Shown piece by piece: positions 49,728-62,350 of a DNA stretch of 64,000 bases. The notes below the pieces were generated by a model, which was given only the letters and a program-made list of their open reading frames with translations, was not told the DNA's origin and made no database searches. Position 1 is the first letter of the stretch, and the number at the start of each line of letters is the position of its first letter. The stretch is from positions 96,226,001-96,290,000 of the forward strand of contig CM052816.1 in NCBI GenBank assembly GCA_028534125.1. The letters run 5' to 3'. The translations under genes were made by a program, and so were the position numbers. The stretch comes from Lama glama (lineage: Eukaryota).

Positions 49728-52700
49728 GTAAGTGTCCGTGTCTCCAGCTCTGGAAACACTGTCCCCGGGAACCCGGCTGTCCCACGACCCTAACCCGCGC
49801 TTCTGTGATGTCCACACGTTTTCATATAAGAACCTTCCTCACAAATCCAGTCTGTTCTTTCTTAACTCATTCAGCCATTAGCCTGCACAGAACCACGCAG
49901 AACGCTGCCATTATCTTGTTGTCTGTTATGAGGAGAAACATCTTAAGAGAAAACAGTGCTAGTTTGAAAATGAGGCATAACATCTCTGTTTTATTCTTGG
50001 ATTTTTATCTCCAGAGTTTGGTGTGGACTATTGTGCCCTTTGTAACGTTACTAAAATAGCATCTCCCACACCCGTCACTATCCCTTGGGAGCTATAATTC
50101 CAGAAGACTAGCTAAGTAGAGCTTTTAAAAGAATAAACTAAAGGATGCCATCATGGAACCCCATGTGGGACAGTCTCCCAGGTACCCCACAGGGTCATGA
50201 GAAGTTCCGGGAGAAACGGCCTGATGCATATTCCCGCAGGGAACCTGCAGAATGAGGGGAAACTCCCCTGTGTTCAGAGCCAGACTCTGAATCCAGGAAA
50301 ACAGATTCCAAACTTTCCTTTGCCATTTCATTTGTCTGGGTCCTCACTTGTAGGGTCCAGCCTTTTTTTTCCCCTTTGTCTTTAGAACCTTCATTCCAAA
50401 TTCTTTCCTCTGTTCTCAGAGAATATGAGCAACACCTATTAACTTGAACACGTTTGAACCTTTAATAAGTCACTTTGCTGTCACGTCGCTGCTGATGGCC
50501 CAGCCGTCCATCCCGGCGGTGCCTCTGCAGGACAGCGGTGACGAGGGAAGGGACACGTTCCATTAGTTCAAGTCCAGGCTGTGTCTGCCTGAGGCATCTC
50601 AACAGTCCGTCTGCTTCCTGTCAAGGAACCTGCTCTTTCCTTTATTTAAGCCATGTGTCACGAAGCCTGCCCTCCTATTTGTGAGAAAACCAGGCAGAGT
50701 GGCACGAGGGAGGCAGAGCTGTCAGAACCAGTGTCATTCCCCGAAGGTCGACACGAGATCTCAGCCTTTCCCTGCCAGGGTGGCTGCATCGCCACATCCA
50801 GGCTCTGAGCAAAGCCTCGCGGCGGGGTTAGCGGCTAGTCCTTTTCGTTAGCTTCAGGTCTCTGATTTGAGAAGCAAACTTTGTTGCAGTGTGTCGTGCA
50901 ACCGGTTAAGACAGGCCAGTGTTTGTGCTAAGACCCTTCTTATGTGTGAACCACGTGAAGGCGTTCACCTTGAATTCTTTGCAGCTAAAGAAAACATAGA
51001 GCACAATGTCTGAAACGTGGCTCTAAAGCCGAGACACATACGTTAGAAGAATCAGCACGTCTCCTTGTCGACGTCTGACCTGGCTCTGTCAGTGGCAAGA
51101 AGGGCAGAAGATGACAGCAGTTCTTCTTAAGACGTAAAGACTGAAGGCTGTTTCAGTGGATGTCGGGGCACGCTTAATTACGTAACGGGAAATGCACGCT
51201 CACCCACTTAGTTTACAAGGGCATCTTGTGTAGTTCTGCAGTCAAAATGGACATGACCCAATATTTAAGAAGCAACTGGAGGGTTATCACTAAAGTTGCT
51301 TCTTTCTACTGAGATGATAGTTTCCTTTATAAACTGAAGGAAGGTCAGAGGGCGATGTGGACCTGCCCTGATTTCAGAGCTGCGCCTCCACCATATCTGC
51401 TTGAAAAAGAGGCTGGGATGTGTGCTCTGATTCACTGTCCTTACAACGCACATAACAAGATCTTTTTTTTTTTCTGGCACGAGGTGATTTCCTTACTAAA
51501 CCATCTCTATCATCTCCTGCAAAGTAATCTGTCATCTATCAAGATACGCTTTTATAAGACTATGCAAAGCATTCAACAACAGGCAATAAATTATGTCACT
51601 CTGAGAAAAACACAAGAAAGAAAAACATGTATTTTTCTGACTCATGTAGGCTACCAGACAGACAATGCGAAATCCCACATTACCCAACTGTTGTTTTAAT
51701 TATACACCCCTTCCTAAAAATCTCTTAGAAAGAAATAAGCTAGATGAAATGATTAGCATTAATACAAAGCCGATTTAGAGAAGTATTTTTCAAAGCTATA
51801 AAAAATGTAATTTGCTTCTATATAATTTTTTTTTAATTTTTTGACTGGAAGAAAGGCTTGATGTTATTGGCCAGAGTAAAGAAGGCAACGTCTTTTCCAC
51901 TAAAAGTTCCCTGTTTCCAGTGTTTATGGATTTCTCTTGTCTGGGAGACAGGACAACAGTTGACTGACATATTGATTAATGTTCTTCTTGCTTATGTAAT
52001 TGTGATTACAAGCACTGTTCTCGGTATAAGAGACCTGAGGTGTTTGAGCAAGATCTAAATTTACAAACCTAGAGTAATTCAAGTAACATGTATGTCCTGC
52101 ATAACCCGTGGTGTTGCTCATCAAGGTTAGTGTGGTCTTAAGAATCTCCCTGGGCTTTACTGATGCATGAAAATCACCCACGGACTGTGGGTCATTCATG
52201 ATCACGGTGATGAGCATGTCACGTCATACAATGAGTCCCTGTTCCAAAATGCATTGTGCAGTAACTAGCAAAATAAGGAGACCAAATAAGCACCTGAATG
52301 TCTCGAAATAACAGATTCTCCCCTGGCTGCTGTGCAATCATCATCTTTAGAGTGAAAGGGGACTCTTCCCGGTGACTGCGCTGGAAGCCCTTTATTTGGA
52401 TGGCAACACGATACACCAGAGACGGAAAGGTTTACACAGGATTCTAAAATTACATTGGAAAAGAAATCAGGACTTCAACCCAGTATTTCTGACATCACCC
52501 CTAACTCACAGGACAGTGCCATTCCCAGCGGCCACATCTCCCCAACGCAGGTGGCTGACAGGTGAACTCAGTGACAGCTGACTGTTAGTCACCAGGTAGT
52601 CAGATAGTCTGTGAGTATTACTTCCGGAATTTGGAAGGAAATCTACTGTAACAGAAGGAGAAAGCGACTAAGGTTACTTGTGTGTCTGGACCATGTGCTC

Positions 52701-55700
52701 AGTGCCTTGTGAGGCACCTGCCAATGAAATACCTCACTTAAAGTTCATAATGAACCCCTGGAATGAACGCTGTTGCTTCCATTTTATAGATCAAAGGACT
52801 GGGACTCAGAGGCAGTAAACATTGCCTCTGTTCACCCAGCCCAGCCCAGCGGAGGCCACTCAGTGCTCAGCTTAGTCCTCTTCAAAGGCGCTGCCTCCCC
52901 TTCCTGGAACGCATCTGCACAGAGAGACGTAAGGGTCACAGTAAGTCAGCGCCATAGCACGAGGCTAGTTTGTCCACGGGGCGTATCCAGCGTCCTGTTT
53001 TGTTAGTCTCCGACCAAAAGTACATGAGACTTTGAAAAGAAATAAAGGAAGATCTTTTAACTTCTGGAAGAATATCTGAATAGAAAGTATAGGACTTTGA
53101 TTTAGTCACAAGAGAAGGGTGGTGGGGTGAAGTAAGAACCTAGGATGTCCCCAAGGACCTCTGTGCTCATCATACACATCTGCATCCTTGATCGGTCGTG
53201 AATTAATGACTTGATCATGAATAAACATAGGATTAGAGATTATGCTTGTTAACAAAAGTTGGATCTTCTATAACCGGCTCTTGGAAGTCTGTTATTTCCT
53301 GGCGAAGGGGACTCTGCTATTGGGGATAAAAGTATACAAAGCTGATTCCCATGAGATTCTCACCAAAGAAGGATCTAAGAATCACACCAAAGAATGAAGT
53401 GGCTGACATCACAGGCTTTGGATTTAGCTTGTTTAGACGGATTCTCGTGTCTTTTATGACCAGTGACTTTGAGCAAATTGGGCCGCATCTGAGCCTGAGC
53501 TTCCCCACTTCCAGATTGCTCCCCCTTGCCCCGGTCTCTCTGGTGGTGGTGGAACCACGCAGCGCACACCTTGGGCAGGAAGAGAGAGGCTGGGGTACGC
53601 CTTCCTTGCCCTCCTTCTGCTCAGGTTGCAGCTTCAGCCGGGTCTCCGTGCCCCCGTTAAAGCCCCTGCTGGGCAGCCCCAGCCCAGGCTCTGTCCTCCA
53701 CTCAGGCCCCCACAGCCTGTCCTCCCTTTCCCCCAATAAGCCGACAGGCCAAGCACTGTCCCAGCTCCCCACGTTGTCCGTCCCTGCGTCCTCAGCATCC
53801 CTTGTTTGTTCCCTTAAAGCAGCCCACACTTCTGCCCAAAGTGCTTTCATTACATCCTCTTCGCGGTCCTTCCAGCATCATCATAAATGCAAGTACTTTG
53901 GACCTAGATCTTCATCTCTGGGACCCCCGCCGACAATATGAAGCCACGTTATTTTATACTTCGTGACTTGTGGGGCTCTCTTTCCCCGACACTCCAGAAA
54001 CATTCTAGAGGCTTCTGGCTCCTTCTGGGCTGGGCTGGAGTCTAGTCCACAGAAAAGCAGGCCTTCAGAGGAGGAGGAAGTTTTTCATGTAAAATGTTAG
54101 CATCAGTATGGTGCGTTAAACTACATGAATGGTGGTAGTTTGTTTTGGTTGTTTTTTCATGTTGCTTTAAAAATTCTCTGTTAAGCTCTTTGCACTATTG
54201 TCCACGTGCTGTGGCACATGTGTTTCTGTGTGTGCATGTTTGGGGTGCAAGAGACACAGGCACTTGCCCCTCCCTATGTCATACCCAGAGCAGCACGGTG
54301 GGGACACGGTCCAGCCCCATGCCCTGAAACCCCCTCTTTCCATACTTAATCTGTTCATCAGTCACTTGCTCAGTGGGATCCCTCATATCCTGTATAAATC
54401 CAGCCAATGAGCCAAATCTGTCAGTAATTTGCATAAAAGCCATGAAATGTTTTCTATGTGAAAATGCCCTCCTTTCTTCTTATTCTTCCATGAGAATCCT
54501 TGTCCCCGATTTCCCCTTCCAACCAACACCTCCATCTAAAAGTACACGGAGAAGGCCATGGACTGAGTTCCTTGTCATGCAGATCTGGGTCTTGTCCGAG
54601 GTAGGGCATCATTTGGATGCTGTGACGGAGGCGCATGGAACCATGTTTGCATCTGTGAAGCCAAAATGGAACTCAGCATCATTTCCGTATGATCCGTGCA
54701 ACGCTTTTATGTCTAATGGGCCCTTAACTAGACTGTCGTCCCCGTACCGACCACCTGACAAGCACTCAGGTGCTGTTTCCCTTGGCCTCTGAGCTCTAGC
54801 CTCTCACCACTCCTCATTACTGGGGGGGGCTCGAACCCCCGTAGGGCAGGTAGCAGGTGGCTCAGCCCCCCACTCAGCCCTGCGTGGCACCCTGAGGGCA
54901 GAGCAGGAGAGGGGGGCTGGCTCTGCAGGGCTCCCCAGACAGCATACTCACAATGGAGTAGTAATGATCAGTACGATTAGTGAAGAGCGTGGACCTAGAT
55001 TGTGTGAAGGTCATACAGATACATGGTGTGATCACTGTTGTTACTGACTCTGGCTCCGTGAGCAAGGGGCTGATGCTCCCTACAGTGAGAACATTACATC
55101 GTGGACAGGTGTCTGGACTTAAAACCACGTGAGGATTTGGGAGCATCGTAAATCCCAGTGAGGCCGTGTACTGACCCCTTCCCTACCCCCCACAAGAGCC
55201 CAAGAAAACAGTAAGTTCTCCTTACAGTCAGAGTAGGAGCTGCATCTTTGTCCCGGTGGGACAGGGGAGTTACAGGGACCTTAGAAATGGGGATATTTTC
55301 CTCTTCGGGAAAATCTGCCTTTGTAGATTCACTCCCTCTGGGAGGATGCGGAGAATCACGTGGAATCTATCCCCTCGCTGTCATCACGGCTTCTTATAGA
55401 AACTGCCAGGCGTGTGGGTCTGAAGCCTCGGAGTGCTGATCAGAAGGGAGGAGGGACAGGGTCATAACTGTGGCAGCTAGAGGCGAGCGGCCGTGTCAGA
55501 GGCGTGAACACACAAGTTCACACTTTCCTGTTGTGTTTGGAGGCGTGATGGAGCAGAGGTGAAGCTCGCCTGGATGTTCACACACACGTGGTGTCGGCTT
55601 TGTTCTGAACCTGCGAAGAATGGACGGTCTCCGTGGAGTCCTCTCCTGTGCAGCTGACGAGTCCTCAGTCCCCGCAGTCATCCAGGGCAGGACACGTGGG

Positions 55701-56631
55701 GCGAGACGGTGGGGGCAGCAGGGGTGAAGGCAAAGCGTGTCACCTACTTGTAATCCTGCTCTTCATTTGTCATATTTGCTAAGAAACGCACAAGTCCCCG
55801 TGTTAAGTTGGAGGTTTGGCCCTTAGGTCTTCTGCTGTCCCCTTTCAGAGGGGAGATTCCTTTTTGGGGCCGGGTGATCTGGAGGCTGGGTCCCATGAGT
55901 CTTGAGTCTTAAGAACACCCTGCAGCCCCTGAGAAGATCCTCTTGTCACATTTGAGGTGATGATGCCCCCTGTTCCATCAGCACTAGTCACCAGGGGCCA
56001 GGGGACTGCTGGCGAGGCCTGTCCCTTCTTTCCCGGGCCCTCAGGGCTTCTGTGTCACAGTCACAGGGTATCCAGGCCCCCTGCTATGACTCCTGGTTCA
56101 GTTCTCAGCTTGGCTTCCTCTGCACCACCCAACCCCATCCCTTAGTGACAGGACAGTCTGGGTGTCCTCAACACGTGACAGCTGCAGTGTCCTTTGTCTC
56201 GACAGCCCCGGCCGACTCCTTCCCGGGGCCTACAGCACCCTGCAGGACCCAGCACGGGCCCCTCCCTGTCCTTCCAGACCCCACGAGCTCACCCAGAGAC
56301 CCCTCTGCTCCTGCAGCTCTGCTCCGAGCTCCATCACTGCATTTACTTGCAATAATAGCTGGGATCTATCTCCTCCTTGCTGGTAACAGCTGGTAGAGTT
56401 CCCGTCGCTGAATAGGCACTGTTTTAATGTGTTATAAATTATAAATCAGTTGGAGGTGACTGTTGAGGCCAAGCCAGGTCTTAAATAAAACTAGTTGATG
56501 AATCTTTTATTTTTTTAAGGTATGTAAAAATTCAGAGTTGTACGTCTGTGCTTTTTCACTGCAACTCTTCCTGTTCCTTGGGTTTCTCCCGTGAGTGGAC
56601 AGTCCTGCCATCACTTGATTGACAAGTCATT

Positions 56632-56722
56632 ACATCCTTCCTTCCCCTCCCCATCCTCCTCCTCCTCCTTTTCTTCCGCCTCCTCCTCCCCTCTGCCTCC
56701 CTTTTTTCCCCTCCCTCCCATC
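56632..56722. repeat. Polypyrimidine (CCT-rich) low-complexity tract
   Basis: About 85 bp of almost pure C/T on the + strand, including (CCT)n. Confidence 0.85.
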
Positions 56723-56904
56723 ACTGTCTCCACCAAAGACATCTGATGCTTTAGTCTGAACTGCTTCCCCGTTGGTCTCTTTTTCATTGTAGTATGAAGT
56801 ATCCTAAGTGAGTTCCGATGGTCTTGTGGGAGACCTTTCATTTTTTCTCTATTGTGTGTGCAGCCTTAACCCCTCTGACATCCTCCCTCGTATCTGCTTC
56901 CCAG

Positions 56905-57086
56905 ACCAGGAATCTCACCGTGGACGGGCGCTTCGGCTCGTGGTCTCCATGGACGCCCTGCACGCACACGGATGGCAGCGCCGTGGGATCCTGCCTGTGT
57001 CGCACCCGCTCCTGCGACAGCCCGGCCCCCCAGTGTGGCGGCTGGCAGTGCGAGGGCCCCCGCGTGGAGATCACTAACTGTTCCAG
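56905..57086 (+). CDS. SEMA5A: Semaphorin-5A internal coding exon, thrombospondin type-1 repeat (182 bp; about human exon 14)
   Basis: CCCAG acceptor ending at 56904, GTGTGT donor at 57087. Translates TRNLTVDGRFGSWSPWTPCTHTDGSAVGSCLCRTRSCDSPAPQCGGWQCEGPRVEITNCS(R). Phase 0 start fits the previous exon. Confidence 0.96.
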
Positions 57087-60000
57087 GTGTGTCCCTCCCA
57101 GCGCTCGGCCGTCCTTTACTCTCAGCCTGTGGAGAAGCTTGGGAAATCGCTTCTAATGTATGCCTTCCACCTTCAAGAAAAAGGTAGCAGAAGGGGCCAC
57201 TTACCACTTAAAAATCACGTGACCTATGGAAGGAGATTTTAACTTACAAATTGGATTCTAAACCTGTTTGTACATTTAGCTAAATCTAAATCTGTTCATC
57301 TGCTCATTGTTAGATTGGGAAGAGTATTTTCGAGTGTGCATGATGTGAAAGAGAAGAGGGAAAAACATAAAATTTCTGAAAGTTAAATTAGACCCTTGTT
57401 CATCAGTGTTTTAAATGAGAAGGTGGTTGTCAAACCACCATGTTTAAATTCCACTCACCCATTTAAATAGTGATGTTACAGAAATTATGTCTTTGCAACT
57501 TTTAAAGAAAACAATTAGATGCAAACTTACAAGTAGTTGAGGGGTATCTAGTTTTTATCAACATTCTTTTAGGGGGCAGGTGAGTAACTTGCTATGAAGA
57601 CCACTGTGCCCAGAAATCACAGTGTCCCAGAACAAACCCTGAATGACGGCTGTGCCGTCACTGTGCCAGGTACCCGTGTGGCACGTGAGCTTTAGCTGCT
57701 ACCCTCGATCTGTCCTTTACAGGTTTGGGAATACCGACTCTGGGGCAGCTTCTGAAACCACTCAAACTACCCTACATGGCGCTCACACCCAGAGGCGCCC
57801 GCTCCTAACGGTGCATATGACTTTCCAAATCTGCGTGAGACGGTCCCCTTCGGGTCTAAGGGGCTGTTAGGGGTAGTTTTCGGTGGATGAATTAGGAGGC
57901 ATCCAAGCGTGGATGAGCTGATTCGCTGTGCGTCCACCTCTGCCCTTGCATGACTTGGGTACCGTGTCTGCAGTGATAACTGCTCCCTGGAGGACGCCCT
58001 TCCCTGGTCTGACTCAAACCTGGCGGCTCAGGGCCGGAAGCATCACGTCTGCTTTACGAGACTCTCACGAGTGCACGTTTAACACTCCTGAGGGGGAGGA
58101 GCCTGGGGCTCCATCATTTACAAAAGCAGGCCCTGTCACAGATTGTGTTCTGAGCTGAGATTTGCCTTCATCCTTACAAACCAGCTCGTGGCGAGGTCAG
58201 GAGGAAGGGCCCCTCCTGCTCACTTGCTTCTAACCATTGGAGCCACTGATGCTGTCGAAGCAGAGAGACAGTGGTGCGGAGCCAAGTGGATTAGGCCAGT
58301 TCACAACAACCGTTTTGTCTTCTAGCAGCAAAGGGCCATTAGTCTACATATCCCTTCGAAGTTACCTGCCAACAGTAGGGCAATCTCACATCAAAGACTG
58401 TTCTTAATGCCCTGTGTCAGCTGACAATCTGTTTATGTTGGCCTCAATTTTGTTGGAAGGGAAAAACTGGAAACCACCTAACCCGCGAGCCCATTTCTTT
58501 TTGCTCGGTCGCTCATGTCAGGTTCCTCCTCAGCGTGTGCAGAGCGCGTCAGAAAGGCTTTGCAAATGCTGGTCTAATGGCTCTAAATGAAGCCTATGCT
58601 TTTTTACTTGTTACTGTTATTGTTTAATCCAATATACTCAGAAAGTGTTGAGAAATTCAAAATATTGCTAATTCAATCCATTTTGCAGATGTAGTGTCTT
58701 TGATTAAACTGTTTATCGTATCACATCATTTAAATTTGTTTTCTCACTCCCTTGAGCAGCAGATTAAAGGCATTCGATTTATGAAAAGAAACCACAATAT
58801 GAAGTAATTAGCTAAGCCAGACTTTATTATCAAGGCAGGGCCACGTCAGACTTACTATCGATCGGAAAGATCCGGTTTAATTTTATACTTAAAGTGAACA
58901 CATGGATGTGTACGTCACTTCTGAATTCTAATTCTCAGGGAGGGAGGGCGGGACTAAATCCAGCTAAGTAGAAAGGCAGAACATCAAGGGGCGGCTTGGA
59001 GGCCTGATAGGACTTAGTCACCTAAATAAAATCAGTAAAAAAAAATTAATTAAAAGTTAAAATAAAATAAAATAATAAAAAATAAATAAAAGTAATCTTT
59101 CAGTGTTTCTGACCCACACCTTCCCTAATGGGACTTTTCTCTAGGAGCAAAGCCTGTGCCCGTCATGGGTTGGCCAGGAGTGCCACCCTGATAGGGAGAT
59201 TGGTTGTGTGCGGAATGTGAATTGGAGAAGGCCCTGAGCAGCCGCTGCGGGATCGGGAGGGCTGAGCTGTGTCCAGTCAGGACCCCAGCCCATGGCAGGG
59301 CCCTCGGTGGTGTTAGAGCCTCTGAGCTGAGAGTCAGGGCCACCAACACCCGCGGCATCTGGAGAAAGGCCGGCCACAGCGTCCACGACTGTGCACTTTG
59401 ACAGTAGATGGGAGATAGAAGCCACATCCTTATTCACAGAGCTCCGCTCTGTGCTGGGGTATCTGAGCTCAGGACTCCCCCACTCAACTAACAGCAGCTC
59501 CTGGCTGACCAGGAGAACGGGTCAAATGCTGTGGTCCACGGAGTAGGCTTCCTGTCTCCTCTGTGTATTGTGTTCTTGTTGTTTGTTTCTTTTTTTTTTT
59601 TTAACAACTGTTCTCAGATTGCTCCCCCTTTCCCTGCTCCTCCCTTCCCAGCACCATGACCACAGTAATATTTTATTTTTCAAAACAAGCACCAGGAAAG
59701 CTTCTCGGATTGGTCTTCAAACTCTCTCACTTAATGTAGGATTCTTTTTAAGCAGTATTTTCTTCCCAGGAGCCTATGTAGAATGCAAAGATCTTTGGGC
59801 AAATTGCATATGTTGTCACTAATCCTGAAAATCACGTTGGGTGCCCACACTGTATGGCAACCCAGGGAGTGAGGGCACTGCCTGCCCAAGAGGAGAAGAT
59901 GGGTCAGATAAGAAAAGGCAAGGTGCAGGGGCAGATTTTGCCCTCTGTTCACGTTTTCCAAACAGGCCAGCCCAGATCGCCTATCCCGTCAAGGCTACAG

Positions 60001-62206
60001 AGATTCAATTATTTGCGTTATTACAGAAAACAAAAGCATCTCAATATTGCCTTATGGACTGCATTATTTCTATAAAACTAAGAATTTCCGTGGATGCCTG
60101 TGGCAGAAACCTTATAAAAGCTACAGAACTGTTATTGCTGGACGAGCTTAATAAATGACTAATATTCTTTTTTATATTGTTTAACGGAGAAAAGGACTAC
60201 CAGGTGCATCACTGGGACTCCTTTACTGATACCTCCTCAGCTCTGGTTTTAGTTGGAATGTCATACACAGACCACAATTAGTGGTTATTTTCAGACTATA
60301 AATCAAATAAGTGAACCTGTTTTAGTGATATTTTAAATGCATAAGTGGGTTATTCTGGACTGACCCAACCGCAAACGTGATCCGTCTGCCGATGTATGCT
60401 TACTTTTTGCTGCTGCGCTGGTTGCCTGCTACCACGCCTGCCTCTAAGCTGCATTTACAGGCTTGCAGCCCCAGCTCCACAGAACAAACCAACATGGACA
60501 ATTTATTTCTCATTTATTTCCTCACCTTTTATATTCCCGTCATCTACATATACTTCCATTTACCTACCTCTCTGTCTACGACACATTCCATGTATTGTAA
60601 ATAGACTGTATCATCAAATGTCACGTTTGCTAAAAGGTTTAGGAAATTAAGAATTTCCAAACAGTTTTGGGAGTGTTTCCTGCATCATCTAAGTTTGTTT
60701 GTTTGTTTGTTTTCATATATTAAGAAACTCTGAAAGTAAAAGTATCACTTTATTTATGTTGAAACTGCTCTTTTTGTATGGAGCTCACTGAGTTACTTCG
60801 ATACTTTTTTAAATTGTGTAGATAATGGAGTGTAAGATGCTAATTATCTTCAGAAGCCACTTGGGAGTCTCTGGCTTCTCTTGTGGTATTTTGGCTAAAT
60901 TCCCATAAAGCAGCTTTGTTATGATGTCATACATCGAAGTATCACTATATATTTTCTTTAGATTATTATTCTGTTCCAGAAAATAAAGGAGGGAAGAATG
61001 AAATATACTAAGCATTTTCTTAGCAGAACATTCATTTGAAATTATATTAGAAGTTACATATTCAATTGTTGTTTATGCCTTGAGTTTCAATGACATAGCT
61101 ATGGACCTGCATGCTTTTAAAGAAATATATAAAATAAGAATTAATGTGAGTTGCATTTTTTTCAGTGGAAATCTAAATCCTGTGGATGAATTTAACAACT
61201 ATTTAGAAATGCAGACGTGACTAGAGAAGTAGGGAAAACTTCTACACGCAGTAGACTGTCTGTGTAAGAGTTTGGGCTCTGAATTTCACAGATATTTTAA
61301 TATTTAAAAAATTTTAAATGCCTATAGTTTGTTTTTTAAAAGCAGAGATAAACTGCTAAGGGAGATATTTAAATTATAAACATTCTACATGCAGACATTT
61401 TAAGGAAAAATAGGATATTGAACAAAAAATTTTCTCTAGCTGTTAGTAGCAGCTTATTTTATAAAAGTGGTTCATTTAATTTTTAATTTTATATTTTAAT
61501 ATATCTACCTTATTCTATATATACTTACATAAAGGTATAAATAATTTGCACTTCTTATTTATACTCCACATCTTACCAAATTTCAAAAAAACTCCAAGAA
61601 TCTTAATTTTAAATATCCCTTCTTCATTTGTGACAAAGCTTGTTTAAAAGCTTTGAACATCATGGTGCTCTGTGTCAGTAGAAATGCCATCAAGAGAGTT
61701 ACTGATTTTCATTGATGTCAGTGGAGTTTAAAAGTAAGCATTTAAATGATTAGTTTGCTCAAAAGTGCACTTTTCATAGATTATAACTGATAGAGTACAA
61801 GTCAAATAAAAATCACAAACTCTGAAGTTTCAGAGATTCGTCCCTGGTTTTCAGTGAAATAGCATTATTAAATTCATTAGTTGAATATTTTCATTAATTA
61901 AGAAACAACTTTCTTAATTAATATAATTCTAATATAGCCCATTTTAAATTATTTACAGTGCACTTGAAACTTGACCCTTAAATTTTCTGTTTTGACTGTA
62001 AAATCAGGTAGCTAGTGGGGGGAGGCTCACAGTGACAGAGGTTCCTGCGACACCATGCGTTTGTTCCCGTGGCTGTCTGGTCCCCTCTCCTTCACAGCCT
62101 GCAGTCGATGGTCCGTGCAGGGGAACGTGTGAATTTGGGGATGGGTGCAGACGGGGGTTGGGCTCCGAGCCGGTCGGACCAGTGACCGCGTTGCTTCCTC
62201 CCGCAG

Positions 62207-62350
62207 GAATGGAGGCTGGACCCCCTGGACCTCGTGGTCTCCGTGCAGCACCACCTGTGGGATCGGCTTCCAGGTGCGGCAGCGGTCCTGCAGCAACCCC
62301 ACGCCCCGGCACGGGGGCCGCGTGTGCGTGGGCCAGAACCGCGAGGAAAG
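62207..62350 (+). CDS. SEMA5A: Semaphorin-5A internal coding exon, thrombospondin type-1 repeat (144 bp; about human exon 15)
   Basis: CGCAG acceptor ending at 62206, GTACGT donor at 62351. Translates (R)[47 protein letters not shown](R), with the WxxWxxW, CSxTCG and RxRxC TSR motifs. Confidence 0.96.

Noticed and set aside
53317..53941. Overlapping 196-aa (+) and 177-aa (-) ORFs
   Set aside because: Ser/Pro-rich, unrelated to SEMA5A, and the flanking exons already splice in frame without it.
16723..62350. Assignment to SEMA5B or to a pseudogene
   Set aside because: Peptides match SEMA5A as I recall it. The exons have no stops or frameshifts and keep canonical splice sites.
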